A stretch of DNA of 63,978 nt, filler included, from Phoronis australis (Eukaryota > Animalia > Phoronida), in NCBI GenBank assembly GCA_002633005.1. It is 8 parts of 8 records of this genome, joined end to end, with 100 filler letters (N's around TTAATTAATTAA, not from the genome) between each part and the next. Parts side by side here need not be neighbours in the genome. Positions count along the whole stretch, not along the records: positions 1 to 7,790 come from NMRA01001979.1; positions 7,891 to 14,179 come from NMRA01002182.1; 6 more parts are not named here. One strand, 5' to 3'. Below the pieces are notes generated by a model. The model did no database searches. It was not told the origin of the DNA and saw nothing but the letters and a program-made list of their open reading frames with translations. Both the position numbers and the translations under genes were made by a program. Below are positions 1 to 9,819 of this stretch, one piece after another; the stretch's first letter is position 1; every line of letters begins with the position of its first letter.

Positions 1-54
1 CAAGAAAAAAGGCAAAAAAAAAAAAACACGGAGAACATGCCAAACAGTAAAAAC

Positions 55-125
55 CGTGTGTACCACAGACTCGAACTCACAACCCCTCGGTTAGAGCGCG
101 CGTGCTTAACCACTACACCACCACG
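55..125 (-). repeat. tRNA-derived SINE head / degenerate tRNA-like sequence
   Basis: Reverse complement has a Pol III A box (TGGTGTAGTGG) and B box (GTTCGAGTC) at tRNA-like spacing, followed by T-runs. I cannot fold a convincing cloverleaf. Confidence 0.5.
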
Positions 126-804
126 ATTTAACTACTAATGGTGTGCTACGAGAACTACTTATTTATGGTCCACAGCGTTTGCGCGCGAAACCTACTTCTT
201 TTTGTAATGCTTATTACACGTTTTATATTTTGTGCAATCGGTTCTTAACAAATTCGTTGTATTTAAAATAGTCTTCAAATGCCCAAAAGACCAAATCCGT
301 TTTTCATGTTGGCAATAATAACGGTATTGCTTTGGAAATCGTCTTAATTTAAGGTTTGACAAAGAGAGAATTATGAGTTTCTGAGTGATTCACCAATTCA
401 CGATTAAAATTGACATCTTACCAGCAGTTTCTGTTTTTTCACTGTCACTCAAGTTCAATTTTCTTTAAAAAATGAAGTAAATTTTCTTCATTGCACAGTG
501 GAGCAGACGACGGAAACGGAGTCGTAGTGCGCAGCGCCACTGCCGGTCGCCTGGGATATCGCGGGAGAGCTTATACTTAGCCATAGTTCCGTTACGAATG
601 CGCCGTGTTCCGAATTTGACACTTGAAATTGGATCTGAGCCCCCCCTCCCCCTAAATCCGCCTATGAAGGAACACGATGTAGNTAAATCTTGTTTCATCC
701 CTATAATTTTAATTACCGGGGTTAATTAATAAACTCAACATTTCCCTACGCTCTTGCTGTTACTACCTAAATAAACAATGGAGGTTAGCACAAAACCAAA
801 AGGA

Positions 805-1062
805 CATGTTCAACCATGAACACGTGAACACCAGGTTGCCATGTGAACGTACATTATGGATTAGATGAAAACCAAATGGCTATGTTTAAGCATGTGAACA
901 CACCAGGTTACCATGTGAACAAACAATTACCACGTTCAACAATAAGCATGTGAACACCAGGTTGCCACATGAACAATGATGTAGTGCTGGTTAGCCAACG
1001 ACCCAATGGCCATGTTCAACCATAAGCATGTGAACGCACCAGGTTGCCATGTGAACAAACAG
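805..1062. repeat. Degenerate minisatellite (CATGTGAAC[AC]ACCAGGTTGC motif)
   Basis: The motif catgtgaac...ccaggttgccatgtgaac recurs about four times with variable spacers. Confidence 0.6.
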
Positions 1063-1498
1063 TGGGTGTTGATAGGCAACCAAATGACATCATGAAGGGA
1101 TAAGCAATCAAATTAAAAATACTTTTTAAGTGTATATTGTTTAATGCAGGTTATTGTAATGCCAGCTAAGTAGCAACATCTACTGAAGCTTCAACGCTTT
1201 ACCTAGTGCTAAGACAACCACAACAATACACAACACAGTAAAGTAACTGTTATTCTTCACATATTTAGTGCATAATCAGTGCCTCCGCAAAAACAAAAAA
1301 TCAAGAAAATTTACTCTGTCAGTAGCATGGTTTGTTCTGCACAGCCTTCATTTAAGAGACAGTTAAAGCTCGATAATTTGCAGCAAGGCAGCCAGTCGTT
1401 GAAAATTGTCCCTGTTTCAGCAATTAGTGCAAATTAACTGATTTACTTCTGTAAACAATTTATAAGAAGCAGATCATGATATTTCATCTTATTGTTAC

Positions 1499-1660
1499 CT
1501 CATACTCATCTGGAAGTTCCCCTGCCAACATGTCAGCATCCAGCCTCGACTGCAAATGTGTGGTAATGTCCGACATCCACTGAGTCATGTCAATCATACG
1601 GCTCTCCAAGTTCTGGGCCTGTGTGATGGATATCTCAAGAGCTTCCATCTTTTCACGGGC
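1499..1660 (-). CDS. DMD: Dystrophin/utrophin-family spectrin-repeat exon (equivalent to human DMD exon 30)
   Basis: 162-bp phase-0 exon bounded by ag/gt. Translates AREKMEALEISITQAQNLESRMIDMTQWMSDITTHLQSRLDADMLAGELPDEYE, which aligns by eye with human dystrophin AVRRQKLLEQSIQSAQETEKSLHLIQESLTFIDKQLAAYIADKVDAAQMPQEAQ. Confidence 0.85.
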
Positions 1661-1804
1661 CTACAATGAAGAAACAGCAGCTGTACAAAACAACTCACGC
1701 AAATAGCGAATTAAAAATTTTAATATTTATTTAGGAAAATCAGACAAAAACTTTTCGCAATATTGGGTGGTAGGTAAATGAAGCAGTTTGGCACACAGTA
1801 TGGT

Positions 1805-2368
1805 TGTAAGTGCCGACGCACTCTTGTGTTTGTAGTCTGACTATATTCGCCATCTGTTGGTGGTTTATGTGTTTGCTCTTCAGCTTCTACCGCGTATATT
1901 TTCCACGTGACTAATTCTTCAATAGAATTTTGCATATGTATAACTGCTCGGCACACCATAGTTTATAGCTGTAACGCGCGCCAGCTTAGCTCATTCGTGC
2001 TTCAACGTTCTTACATGTATCTTGAGTTTGAGTTTAGTCGTGATCTATGCCGCAAATTGGTGTAAGTATTTTGTACTTAGTTTTGTTACAGTATATAGTC
2101 AGTACTTCAACGTAATTGTAACGCGTACTCTGTAACTTTAATTAGCGTTGCCTCTAGTAGTTTGACGTTGTCCGAATAAGAATATATGCAATGTTTAACG
2201 TTAGTATTGTAACTTTGTAAACGACCAACGTATTGTTCAATTGTCTCATAGAACGTTTTTTGTATGTTACAGTTGAACCGAGTAACTATAAGAAAGAAAC
2301 GAATAAAGTTTGTCAACGCAACTTATGCTCGAGTTCTCCATGTGGCTTTAACGATTTTCGCGACCACA
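1805..2368 (+). repeat. 5' LTR (564 bp)
   Basis: TGTAAGTGCC...GCGACCACA; AATAAA at 2302-2307; near-identical to 6745-7307. Confidence 0.95.
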
Positions 2369-2383
2369 TTGTTGTTCAAACCA

Positions 2384-5300
2384 ATGGCTGAGATGTCAAC
2401 GCCCACCGCCATTAGCCATGAAGCTGGTGTCAAGCCTAAGCTAACGGCAACGCAGTATGCCATGGGGTACACCGACGTCGACTCCATACCGAACATACCT
2501 GGCGACGTCGACTCAATTATTCCGAACATGCCTGACGAGGAGTGGAACGACTCGAAAAGCGTGAAGTCGTCATTCTCTGCATATTCGTCTGTATCTGCTG
2601 TGTCATCTAAAACTATGTTAAAACTTTCGAACGCTAAAGCCAAGAAAGCTGAGCTTGAGGCACGCCTAGCCGCTGCAAAAACTGAGCACAAATTGAAGAT
2701 GAGCATCAAACAATTAGAGCTGGAATTGGAGGAACGGAAAATTGCTACAGATTTACAAGTTGCTTCAGCCTATGAGAAGGGTTTATCTGAAAGTTTATCA
2801 GACAGTGTTGTGTCAACCGACTCGGTTTTGCTCGTAGCACCGACAGAGTCTGCTGGTAACCATGCAGGTACGTGTGAGCAGTCTATTGTCTCATCGCAGT
2901 CTCTTGTTCCAAGTGCGCCTTCTTACGTAACAGTTCATAGTTCAAGCCAAGTAGTTCCAAGTGCGAACTCTGACGTAATTGTTCCTTGTTCAAGTGTTAG
3001 TGTTGCCATGACGTCGCAACTTCAGTCTTCTATGCTGTATGCCATGCCGCCCTTATCATCCGGTGACTGTGCTGGTGTTACGTCACACCCGTCTGTGCCT
3101 TTGTTTAAAGACCAGTCATCAACGCCACCATGCGTCAGCAGTGGATCTCTGCCGATTGTAGCCACAGGTATACCAGTCAACACCACCAACGCTTTTCACA
3201 GTCAGCATCCGCTTAATCCAAGCGCTCAGGTATTTACACCTTCTTATAATCAAGACGCTGTGCTGGACGCATTTCGTCATTTGACCAATTTCATTAGTTT
3301 ACCTAATACTGAAGTCCCAAGATTTGAAGGTGATGTATTGGAATACAAAGCTTGGACTTTGGCTTTTGAAGCTAGGATTGCATCACGCATCACAAGCAAT
3401 TCTGACAAGCTGTATTATTTAGAACAGCATCTTATCGGTGAGCCTAAACGTCTGATTGGTGGCTGCCTGTACATGCATCCAGACTGTAGTTATCAAGCTG
3501 CTCGAGATTTGTTAGACAAAGAATATGGTGATCCAGTTAAAGTATCCAATGCTTATGTTGACAGGGTGCTAAGATGGCCGTTAATTCGACAAGACGACAT
3601 TTCCAGTCTTAAGGAGTTAGGTCTATTTCTACAGAAGTGTTCGTGTGCCATGAGAGGTGTTCCTCATTTGGAGGTATTGAATCATCCGCCGAACTTACAA
3701 GCTGTTGTGAGAAAACTTCCGATGTATATGCAGAATGATTGGCGAAAGAAGGTATCTGCCATGGAGAGACTATCTCGATCGCCGATGTTTGCTGACCTCG
3801 CTATATTCGTCCAGCAGACTTCAGAGACCGCCTGCCATCCAGTTTACGGTAAGGAAGCACTTTCTCGCACACCAGTATCCAATTCTATGCACCAACAAAA
3901 GAAGTCGCCCCGTAACACGTCATTTGCCACTGAGGTGGGTTCTAGTCGCGGATCACATGCCAACCAACGAACATTTTGTCCCCTCTGCAACCAACAACAT
4001 GACTTAGAAAAATGTTCTCGATTTTTGCAGAAGTCTCTTACTGACAGGCGTTCGTTTCTAAAGGACAAGCGTCTGTGTTTTGCCTGTTTTAGCGCGTCCC
4101 ACATGTCCAGAGGGTGCAGCAAGAAGAGAACATGTGGACAGTGTAATGGTAAGCATCCAACGACGCTCCACGACAATAACTTTCGCATCGGGAATGCAGA
4201 AGCTTCAAGAAATACTCAAGCGACCGCTTCAGATGTTGCTACCCAGACGTGTAGTACTAACGCCATTGATGGAAACGCATCAGTTCTACAGTCTATATTA
4301 CCAGTACAAGTGCGACAAGGTGATGGTAAAACGATTAACACCTACGCCTTTTATGACAACGGCAGCAGTGCATGCTTCATCAAGGAAGATTTGCTCGACA
4401 GACTGACTGCGACGTACTACGAAGCTAACTTGCAAATGCATACCATGCACGGACGTGACGTCATCTCTTCTAAGGTCGTCGAAGGATTAATCGTGAGTGA
4501 CGCTTGCGGAGAAAATGCTGTGATGTTGCCGAAGGCCTATAGCAGACCAGAGATCTCCGTTAGCCGCGAGCACATTCCCCGCCCAGGTGTATTGAGGCAG
4601 TTTCCTCATCTTGCTGAGCTAGCCACCAAGGTTCCAGAGTACTCCCCCAAGTTAGAGATTGGACTTCTGATCGGCAACAGTTGCCCGGAAGCACTTAAGC
4701 CTCGAGATGTATCGTCGACAGTAGATGGAGGTCCGTATGGTGTTCTACTGAAGCATGGGTGGACGGTGAATGGACCCATGGAAGCTACGACATGTTACAG
4801 TTTGATTTGCAACCGTATTGGTATTAGAGAATTAGTACCGACACCAATGAGCGACAGTACATCCATCTCTTCTACAGCTGTCCTGAATGTGTTTGAGAAG
4901 GATTTCAGTGATGGTATCGCAGCATTTCCTGACGAAAAGGGCTTATCTTATGAAGACCGACGATTTTTGGAAATTGTGGATACTCGGAGTAATCCGGCCG
5001 ATATTGGTTCAAGAGGTGTTAAGGCTGAGAAGTTTATTGCTGATGATAGTTGGTTGAACGGATCTCGATTTTTGTGGCAGCCTGAGAACGAATGGGTAGA
5101 CCAACCATCCGTGTTCGATCAACCAGGAGACACCGACACCGTCAACGCCGCAGTGACATACGTTTCTAGCGATTCTGCATGTTTGCCATTTGATAACCTT
5201 ATTAACTATTTTTCAGATTGGCACCGTCTTTGCAGAGCTGTGGTTCATTATCTGAGACTTCGTCAGGTTCTCCTCAAAAGACGTCATGGTACTGTGTCTC

Positions 5301-6691
5301 GTGGGGCGGAGCCAATAAGTGTGGAGGAGCTCCAGTTAGCTGAGCTCTACATCCTAAAATACACGCAGCGTAAATACTTCACTGCAGAAGTGAACACCTT
5401 AGAAAACCGTGGACCGAACAAGCCTGGTGTGACTAAGAACAGCTCTATCCACAGTTTGGATCCGTTTTTGGATGACGCAGGGCTGGTTAGAGTTGGTGGT
5501 AGACTACGCAAATCCAACTTGCCGTACGACCAAATGCATCAGATCCTTCTTCCACGCAGAAGTCATGTCACTACGCTGATAATCCGTCGTCACCACGAAC
5601 GATTGCAGCACGCAGGCAGGAACCACGTCTTAGCTGACACGCGTGAAAGGTTTTGGATCATAGCTGGGAATTCTGCAGTTCGCGAGGTCATTAGTAAGTG
5701 TGTTATCTGTAAGAAGATAAGAGCCCCGGTGTGTGAGCAGAAGATGTCTGATCTGCCGTTTGCCAGAACAACTGTTGAAGGCCCATTTTGCTTCACAGGT
5801 TTGGATCTTTTTGGCCCTTTCTATATAAAGGTACGTAGAACAACGCTGAAACGCTACGGAGTTATTTTCACATGTTTGTCCAGTCGTGCAGTACATTTGG
5901 AATCTGTTAATTCACTTGACACTGATTCATTTATTCAGGCACTCAGACGGTTTTTGTGCAGGCGTGGACCAGTTTTGGAGATATGGAGCGATAACGGTAC
6001 CAACTTTGTTGGAGCAGAGAAAGAGCTTCGCGAAGCGCTTGCCAATATCGACCAGGGCACCATCCATAACGCGCTACTAAAGAAGGGTATAAAGTGGCAT
6101 TTCAATCCTCCTGCCGGCAGTCATATGGGCGGAGTTTGGGAACGTCAGATACGAACGATCCGAAAGATTCTGATGCAGCTATTTCATCAGTTCGGTTCTC
6201 AAATCGACGACGAAATTTTCCGTACGCTGCTGTGTGAGACTGAGAACATTATTAACTCACGTCCTCTGACATCCATATCCGACACCCCTGGAGATCAGGA
6301 ACCATTAACTCCGAGTCACCTGCTGACACTGAAGTCGACAGTTTTATCACCACCCGGACAGTTTTTAGATGCCGACCTGTATTGCCGTAAACGATGGAAA
6401 CGTGTGCAATATCTCGTGGAACAGTTTTGGGTCCGGTGGAGACGTGAATATCTCTTGAATTTGCAGAAACGTCAGAAGTGGTTAACGCCAAGAAGGAACC
6501 TGCAAGTGGGAGATGTCGTGCTTTTGATGAACGAGAATGTGCCAAGAAACCACTGGGACATGGGTCGTGTGATAGCTGTGGAACCTGATTCTTTTGGTGT
6601 TGTACGGACCGTGAGAGTCAAGACACAGATGACGGAACTTCGACGTCCTGTTTGTAAATGTGTGCTTTTGATTGATAGTGCACTTGATTAG
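2384..6691 (+). CDS. BEL/Pao polyprotein Gag-PR-IN (RT/RH absent); likely start at ATG 2384
   Basis: DUF1759-type gag (VPRFEGDVLEYKAW, DKLYYLEQHL). Three Cys/His knuckles (CPLCNQQHDLEKC, CFACFSASHMSRGC, CGQCNGKHPTTLH). Aspartic protease AFYDNGS. Integrase HHCC (HHERLQHAG...CVIC) and DDE (GLDLFGP, SDNGTNF, GGVWER). DUF5641-like FWVRWRREYL. The ORF track starts at 2264, inside the LTR. Confidence 0.93.
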   Translation: MAEMSTPTAISHEAGVKPKLTATQYAMGYTDVDSIPNIPGDVDSIIPNMPDEEWNDSKSVKSSFSAYSSVSAVSSKTMLKLSNAKAKKAELEARLAAAKTEHKLKMSIKQLELELEERKIATDLQVASAYEKGLSESLSDSVVSTDSVLLVAPTESAGNHAGTCEQSIVSSQSLVPSAPSYVTVHSSSQVVPSANSDVIVPCSSVSVAMTSQLQSSMLYAMPPLSSGDCAGVTSHPSVPLFKDQSSTPPCVSSGSLPIVATGIPVNTTNAFHSQHPLNPSAQVFTPSYNQDAVLDAFRHLTNFISLPNTEVPRFEGDVLEYKAWTLAFEARIASRITSNSDKLYYLEQHLIGEPKRLIGGCLYMHPDCSYQAARDLLDKEYGDPVKVSNAYVDRVLRWPLIRQDDISSLKELGLFLQKCSCAMRGVPHLEVLNHPPNLQAVVRKLPMYMQNDWRKKVSAMERLSRSPMFADLAIFVQQTSETACHPVYGKEALSRTPVSNSMHQQKKSPRNTSFATEVGSSRGSHANQRTFCPLCNQQHDLEKCSRFLQKSLTDRRSFLKDKRLCFACFSASHMSRGCSKKRTCGQCNGKHPTTLHDNNFRIGNAEASRNTQATASDVATQTCSTNAIDGNASVLQSILPVQVRQGDGKTINTYAFYDNGSSACFIKEDLLDRLTATYYEANLQMHTMHGRDVISSKVVEGLIVSDACGENAVMLPKAYSRPEISVSREHIPRPGVLRQFPHLAELATKVPEYSPKLEIGLLIGNSCPEALKPRDVSSTVDGGPYGVLLKHGWTVNGPMEATTCYSLICNRIGIRELVPTPMSDSTSISSTAVLNVFEKDFSDGIAAFPDEKGLSYEDRRFLEIVDTRSNPADIGSRGVKAEKFIADDSWLNGSRFLWQPENEWVDQPSVFDQPGDTDTVNAAVTYVSSDSACLPFDNLINYFSDWHRLCRAVVHYLRLRQVLLKRRHGTVSRGAEPISVEELQLAELYILKYTQRKYFTAEVNTLENRGPNKPGVTKNSSIHSLDPFLDDAGLVRVGGRLRKSNLPYDQMHQILLPRRSHVTTLIIRRHHERLQHAGRNHVLADTRERFWIIAGNSAVREVISKCVICKKIRAPVCEQKMSDLPFARTTVEGPFCFTGLDLFGPFYIKVRRTTLKRYGVIFTCLSSRAVHLESVNSLDTDSFIQALRRFLCRRGPVLEIWSDNGTNFVGAEKELREALANIDQGTIHNALLKKGIKWHFNPPAGSHMGGVWERQIRTIRKILMQLFHQFGSQIDDEIFRTLLCETENIINSRPLTSISDTPGDQEPLTPSHLLTLKSTVLSPPGQFLDADLYCRKRWKRVQYLVEQFWVRWRREYLLNLQKRQKWLTPRRNLQVGDVVLLMNENVPRNHWDMGRVIAVEPDSFGVVRTVRVKTQMTELRRPVCKCVLLIDSALD

Positions 6692-6734
6692 TATTATTTC
6701 TTATGAGTTAGTATTTGTTCAGCAACGAATTGCT

Positions 6735-6744
6735 GAGGGCGGAC
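6735..6744 (+). promoter_or_regulatory. Polypurine tract of the LTR element
   Basis: GAGGGCGGAC immediately 5' of the TG of the 3' LTR. Confidence 0.75.
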
Positions 6745-7307
6745 TGTAAGTGCCGACGCACTCTTGTGTTTGTAGTCTGACTATATTCGCCATCTGTTGG
6801 TGGTTTATGTGTTTGCTCTCCAGCTTCTACCGCGTATATTTTCCACGTGACTAATTCTTCAATAGAATTTTGCATATGTATAACTGCTCGGCACACCATA
6901 GTTTATAGCTGTAACGCGCGCCAGCTTAGCTCATTCGTGCTTCAACGTTCTTACATGTATCTTGAGTTTCAATTAGTCGTGATCTATGCCGCAAATTGGT
7001 GTAAGTATTTTGTACTTAGTTTTGTTACATTATATAGTCAGTACTTCAACGTAATTGTAACGCGTACTCTGTAACTTTAATTAGCGTTGCCTCTAGTAGT
7101 TTGACGTTGTCCGAATAAGAATATATGCAATGTTTAACGTTAGTATTGTAACTTTGTAAACGACCAACGTATTGTTCAATTGTCTCATAGAACGTTTTTT
7201 GTATGTTACAGTTGAACCGAGTAACTATAAGAAAGAAACGAATAAAGTTTGTCAACGCAACTTATGCTCGAGTTCTCCATGTGGCTTTAACGTTTTTCGC
7301 GACCACA
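6745..7307 (+). repeat. 3' LTR (563 bp)
   Basis: By eye it differs from the 5' LTR by about three substitutions and one small complex indel (gagt vs caa). Confidence 0.95.
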
Positions 7308-7538
7308 ATGGTGGACAGGTGAAATATTAGTTTGTCAAATTTCTCAACAAAAATAACTTTTCAGAAAATTTATTTTGCATTTAGCAAAAGATGGTTTGTA
7401 TGGCGTAGCTATTACCAAACAACAGTTGGTGACATTTCGAGCATTCGCAAAATTATGCGGTATGCCACTGAAAAAATAGAAATATGTCTTTAGCAACATT
7501 ATTAAATTGAAGAATTTTTACTGTTGTTCTGAGCTCAC

Positions 7539-7691
7539 CTTAGAATTCCAGTCTTCTCTCTGTTGGTCAAAATTCTCCAGCTGGGTTGTTGCTTCTGACG
7601 ACAAGATGCCCTTCTCCTGGAAGAACGCAGCCAGTTCCTTGATGCGAGTCCTGTTGCCTTCACTATGCTCTTGGACGAAGCTCTCCAACTC
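7539..7691 (-). CDS. DMD: Dystrophin/utrophin-family exon (equivalent to human DMD exon 29)
   Basis: 153-bp phase-0 exon, tag/gtgag. Translates ELESFVQEHSEGNRTRIKELAAFFQEKGILSSEATTQLENFDQQREDWNSK, resembling human SLENLMRHSEDNPNQIRILAQTLTDGGVMDELINEELETFNSRWRELHEE. Splices in frame to 1660-1499. Confidence 0.85.
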
Positions 7692-7790
7692 CTACATTGT
7701 GCCATGGGAGAACAGTAATGACAGGCAATCAAAAACAATCAACTTGAAGCTGCTAAGCTTATTGTCAAAAAATCTGACAAATACTGCTTT

Positions 7791-7890
7791 NNNNNNNNNN
7801 NNNNNNNNNNNNNNNNNNNNNNNNNNNNNNNNNNTTAATTAATTAANNNNNNNNNNNNNNNNNNNNNNNNNNNNNNNNNNNNNNNNNNNN
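7791..7890. other. Artificial contig linker N44-TTAATTAATTAA-N44
   Basis: Identical 100-bp construct with stops in all six frames, seen seven times in the window. Confidence 0.97.
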
Positions 7891-8384
7891 GCTAATCTCG
7901 TATGTTGGTAAATTTGTTTTTAATTCTATGTTTCTGTGGTGCTTTAAGCAACTGATGTATAGAATGGGCTTGTATTATGAAGATCACTCACATTTTGCCC
8001 CTAGCCTATTGAGGAGACAATGACCATGCCTTTCCATTTTGCAAAGTACAACATACTACATATATGCCCTCTACTAGCCACTTTATGGTACCAATAGACA
8101 ACCCTAGAAGGATACCGTATACGGTACAATTGTGGGCGCATTTCAACGCTCTGCATTGCTCTTGTTTCAGTTCTATCCAACCTGGCAAAGATTTTTTAAT
8201 GTAACAGATTTCCATGCTTGAATATTTTCGGGCTGTCACAATCTCCAGCTACCACGATCGAACCCATCATAAATGTCTGTCCGGGGGCGTCTGTCTTGTG
8301 TGTCATGCATGCAAGTCCATTAGTAAATGTTTATGCAGTGTGCACATGTGTTGACAGTGTTTACTTATAAAATGTGTGCAAATG

Positions 8385-9357
8385 CTGAAGTCAGGGGACA
8401 TTGTGTACTCAATATGCATGGTGAAATCAGGGGGACATCGTGTACTCAATATGCATGGTGAAATCAGGGGGACGTTGTATACTCAATATGCATGGTGAAA
8501 TCAGGGGGACATTGTATACACAATATGCATGGTGAAATCAGGGGGACATCGTGTACTCAATATGCATGGTGAAATCAGGGGGACATCGTGTACTCATTAT
8601 GCATGGTGAAATCAGGGGGACATCGTGTACTCAATATGCATGGTGAAATCAGGGGGACATNNNNNNNNNNNNNNNNNNNNNNNNNNNNNNNNNNNNNNNN
8701 NNNNNNNNNNNNNNNNNNNNNNNNNNNNNNNNNNNNNNNNNNNNNNNNNNNNNNNNNNNNNNNNNNNNNNNNNNNNNNNNNNNNNNNNNNNNNNNNNNNN
8801 NNNNNNNNNNNNNNNNNNNNNNNNNNNNNNNNNNNNNNNNNNNNNNNNNNNNNNNNNNNNNNNNNNNNNNNNNNNNNNNNNNNNNNNNNNNNNNNNNNNN
8901 NNNNNNNNNNNNNNNNNNNNNNNNNNNNNNNNNNNNNNNNNNNNNNNNNNNNNNNNNNNNNNNNNNNNNNNNNNNNNNNNNNNNNNNNNNNNNNNNNNNN
9001 NNNNNNNNNNNNNNNNNNNNNNNNNNNNNNNNNNNNNNNNNNNNNNNNNNNNNNNNNNNNNNNNNNNNNNNNNNNNNNNNNNNNNNNNNNNNNNNNNNNN
9101 NNNNNNNNNNNNNNNNNNNTATGCATGGTGAAATCAGGGGGACATCGTGTACTCAATATGCATGGTGAAATCAGGGGGACATCGTGTACTCAATATGCAT
9201 GGTGAAATCAGGGGGACATCGTGTACTCAATATGCATGGTGAAATCAGGGGGACATCGTGTACTCAATATGCATGGTGAAATCAGGGGGACATCGTGTAC
9301 TCAATATGCATGATGAAATCAGGGGGACTTCGTGTACTCAATATGCATGGTGAAGTC
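8385..9357. repeat. 37-bp tandem repeat (TATGCATGGTGAAATCAGGGGGACATCGTGTACTCAA) spanning an N gap
   Basis: Head-to-tail near-identical units on both sides of the 8661-9119 gap, no spacers. Confidence 0.95.
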
Positions 9358-9775
9358 CTTTTCCCTACTCTTGAATGTAATCAAATTTCTTGGAAAATAA
9401 ACTGAGTTTTAGCTCTGTCAATGTCATCCATACTAACTCACTGGAAAAATTTTGCACACAGTTAAGATGGCCAACAACAGCATACTTAACAAAGGGAGGT
9501 TGCAGCGTTAGCGTCACTTTTTAGTGTGACTGTTCATCAGTGAAAAATTTCAATCAGGCACAAGTTAGGTTACTGTTTATGCTTAAAGAAGAACAAGAGT
9601 GCCACTTTTCACTAATTGTTAGAGAAAAATATGTGGAACGGGTGGATAATTATTGATTGTCGTATTGTTAGAGTGTTTGTGAACCTGGAGAGGATACCAT
9701 ACCTTTTGTTGTGTGTAATCCCGTTCATAGATGAAATTGTTCTTTGATTCTCTCCCCTTTCTGCTTTATTTGTAG

Positions 9776-9819
9776 ACATTTCAACTGCACCAAAGCAGAC
9801 TAAACAATATGCTCCAGAG
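9776..9819 (+). CDS. MUS81-like nuclease, exon a (ISTAPKQTKQYAPE)
   Basis: Polypyrimidine tract plus tag acceptor and gtgggt donor. Joins the next exon in frame to give KQYAPEPYKAPFALLVALY, like the start of the MUS81 winged-helix domain. Confidence 0.65.

Larger units (their letters stand above)
1805..7307 (+). mobile_element. BEL/Pao LTR retrotransposon, internally deleted (no RT/RNase H), 5-bp TSD ATGGT
   Basis: Two TG...CA direct repeats (1805-2368, 6745-7307). ATGGT on both flanks (1800-1804, 7308-7312). Purine tract before the 3' LTR. Single gag-pol-type ORF with BEL/Pao motifs. Confidence 0.95.

Noticed and set aside
1720-2316. Short duplicated ORFs (1720-1959, 2107-2316 and copies at 6708-7255)
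   Set aside because: They are duplicated only because they lie in the two LTRs; no protein motifs.
2323-6545. Antisense and alternate-frame ORFs inside the retroelement as env or a displaced RT
   Set aside because: No RT, transmembrane or env motifs; they are shadow ORFs of the polyprotein.
7835-7846. TTAATTAATTAA as a recurring biological motif or piggyBac footprint
   Set aside because: Always centred in exactly 44+44 Ns, so it is a synthetic linker.
8385-9357. 37-bp repeats as a CRISPR array
   Set aside because: Units are head-to-tail with no unique spacers, no cas genes are present, and the context is eukaryotic.
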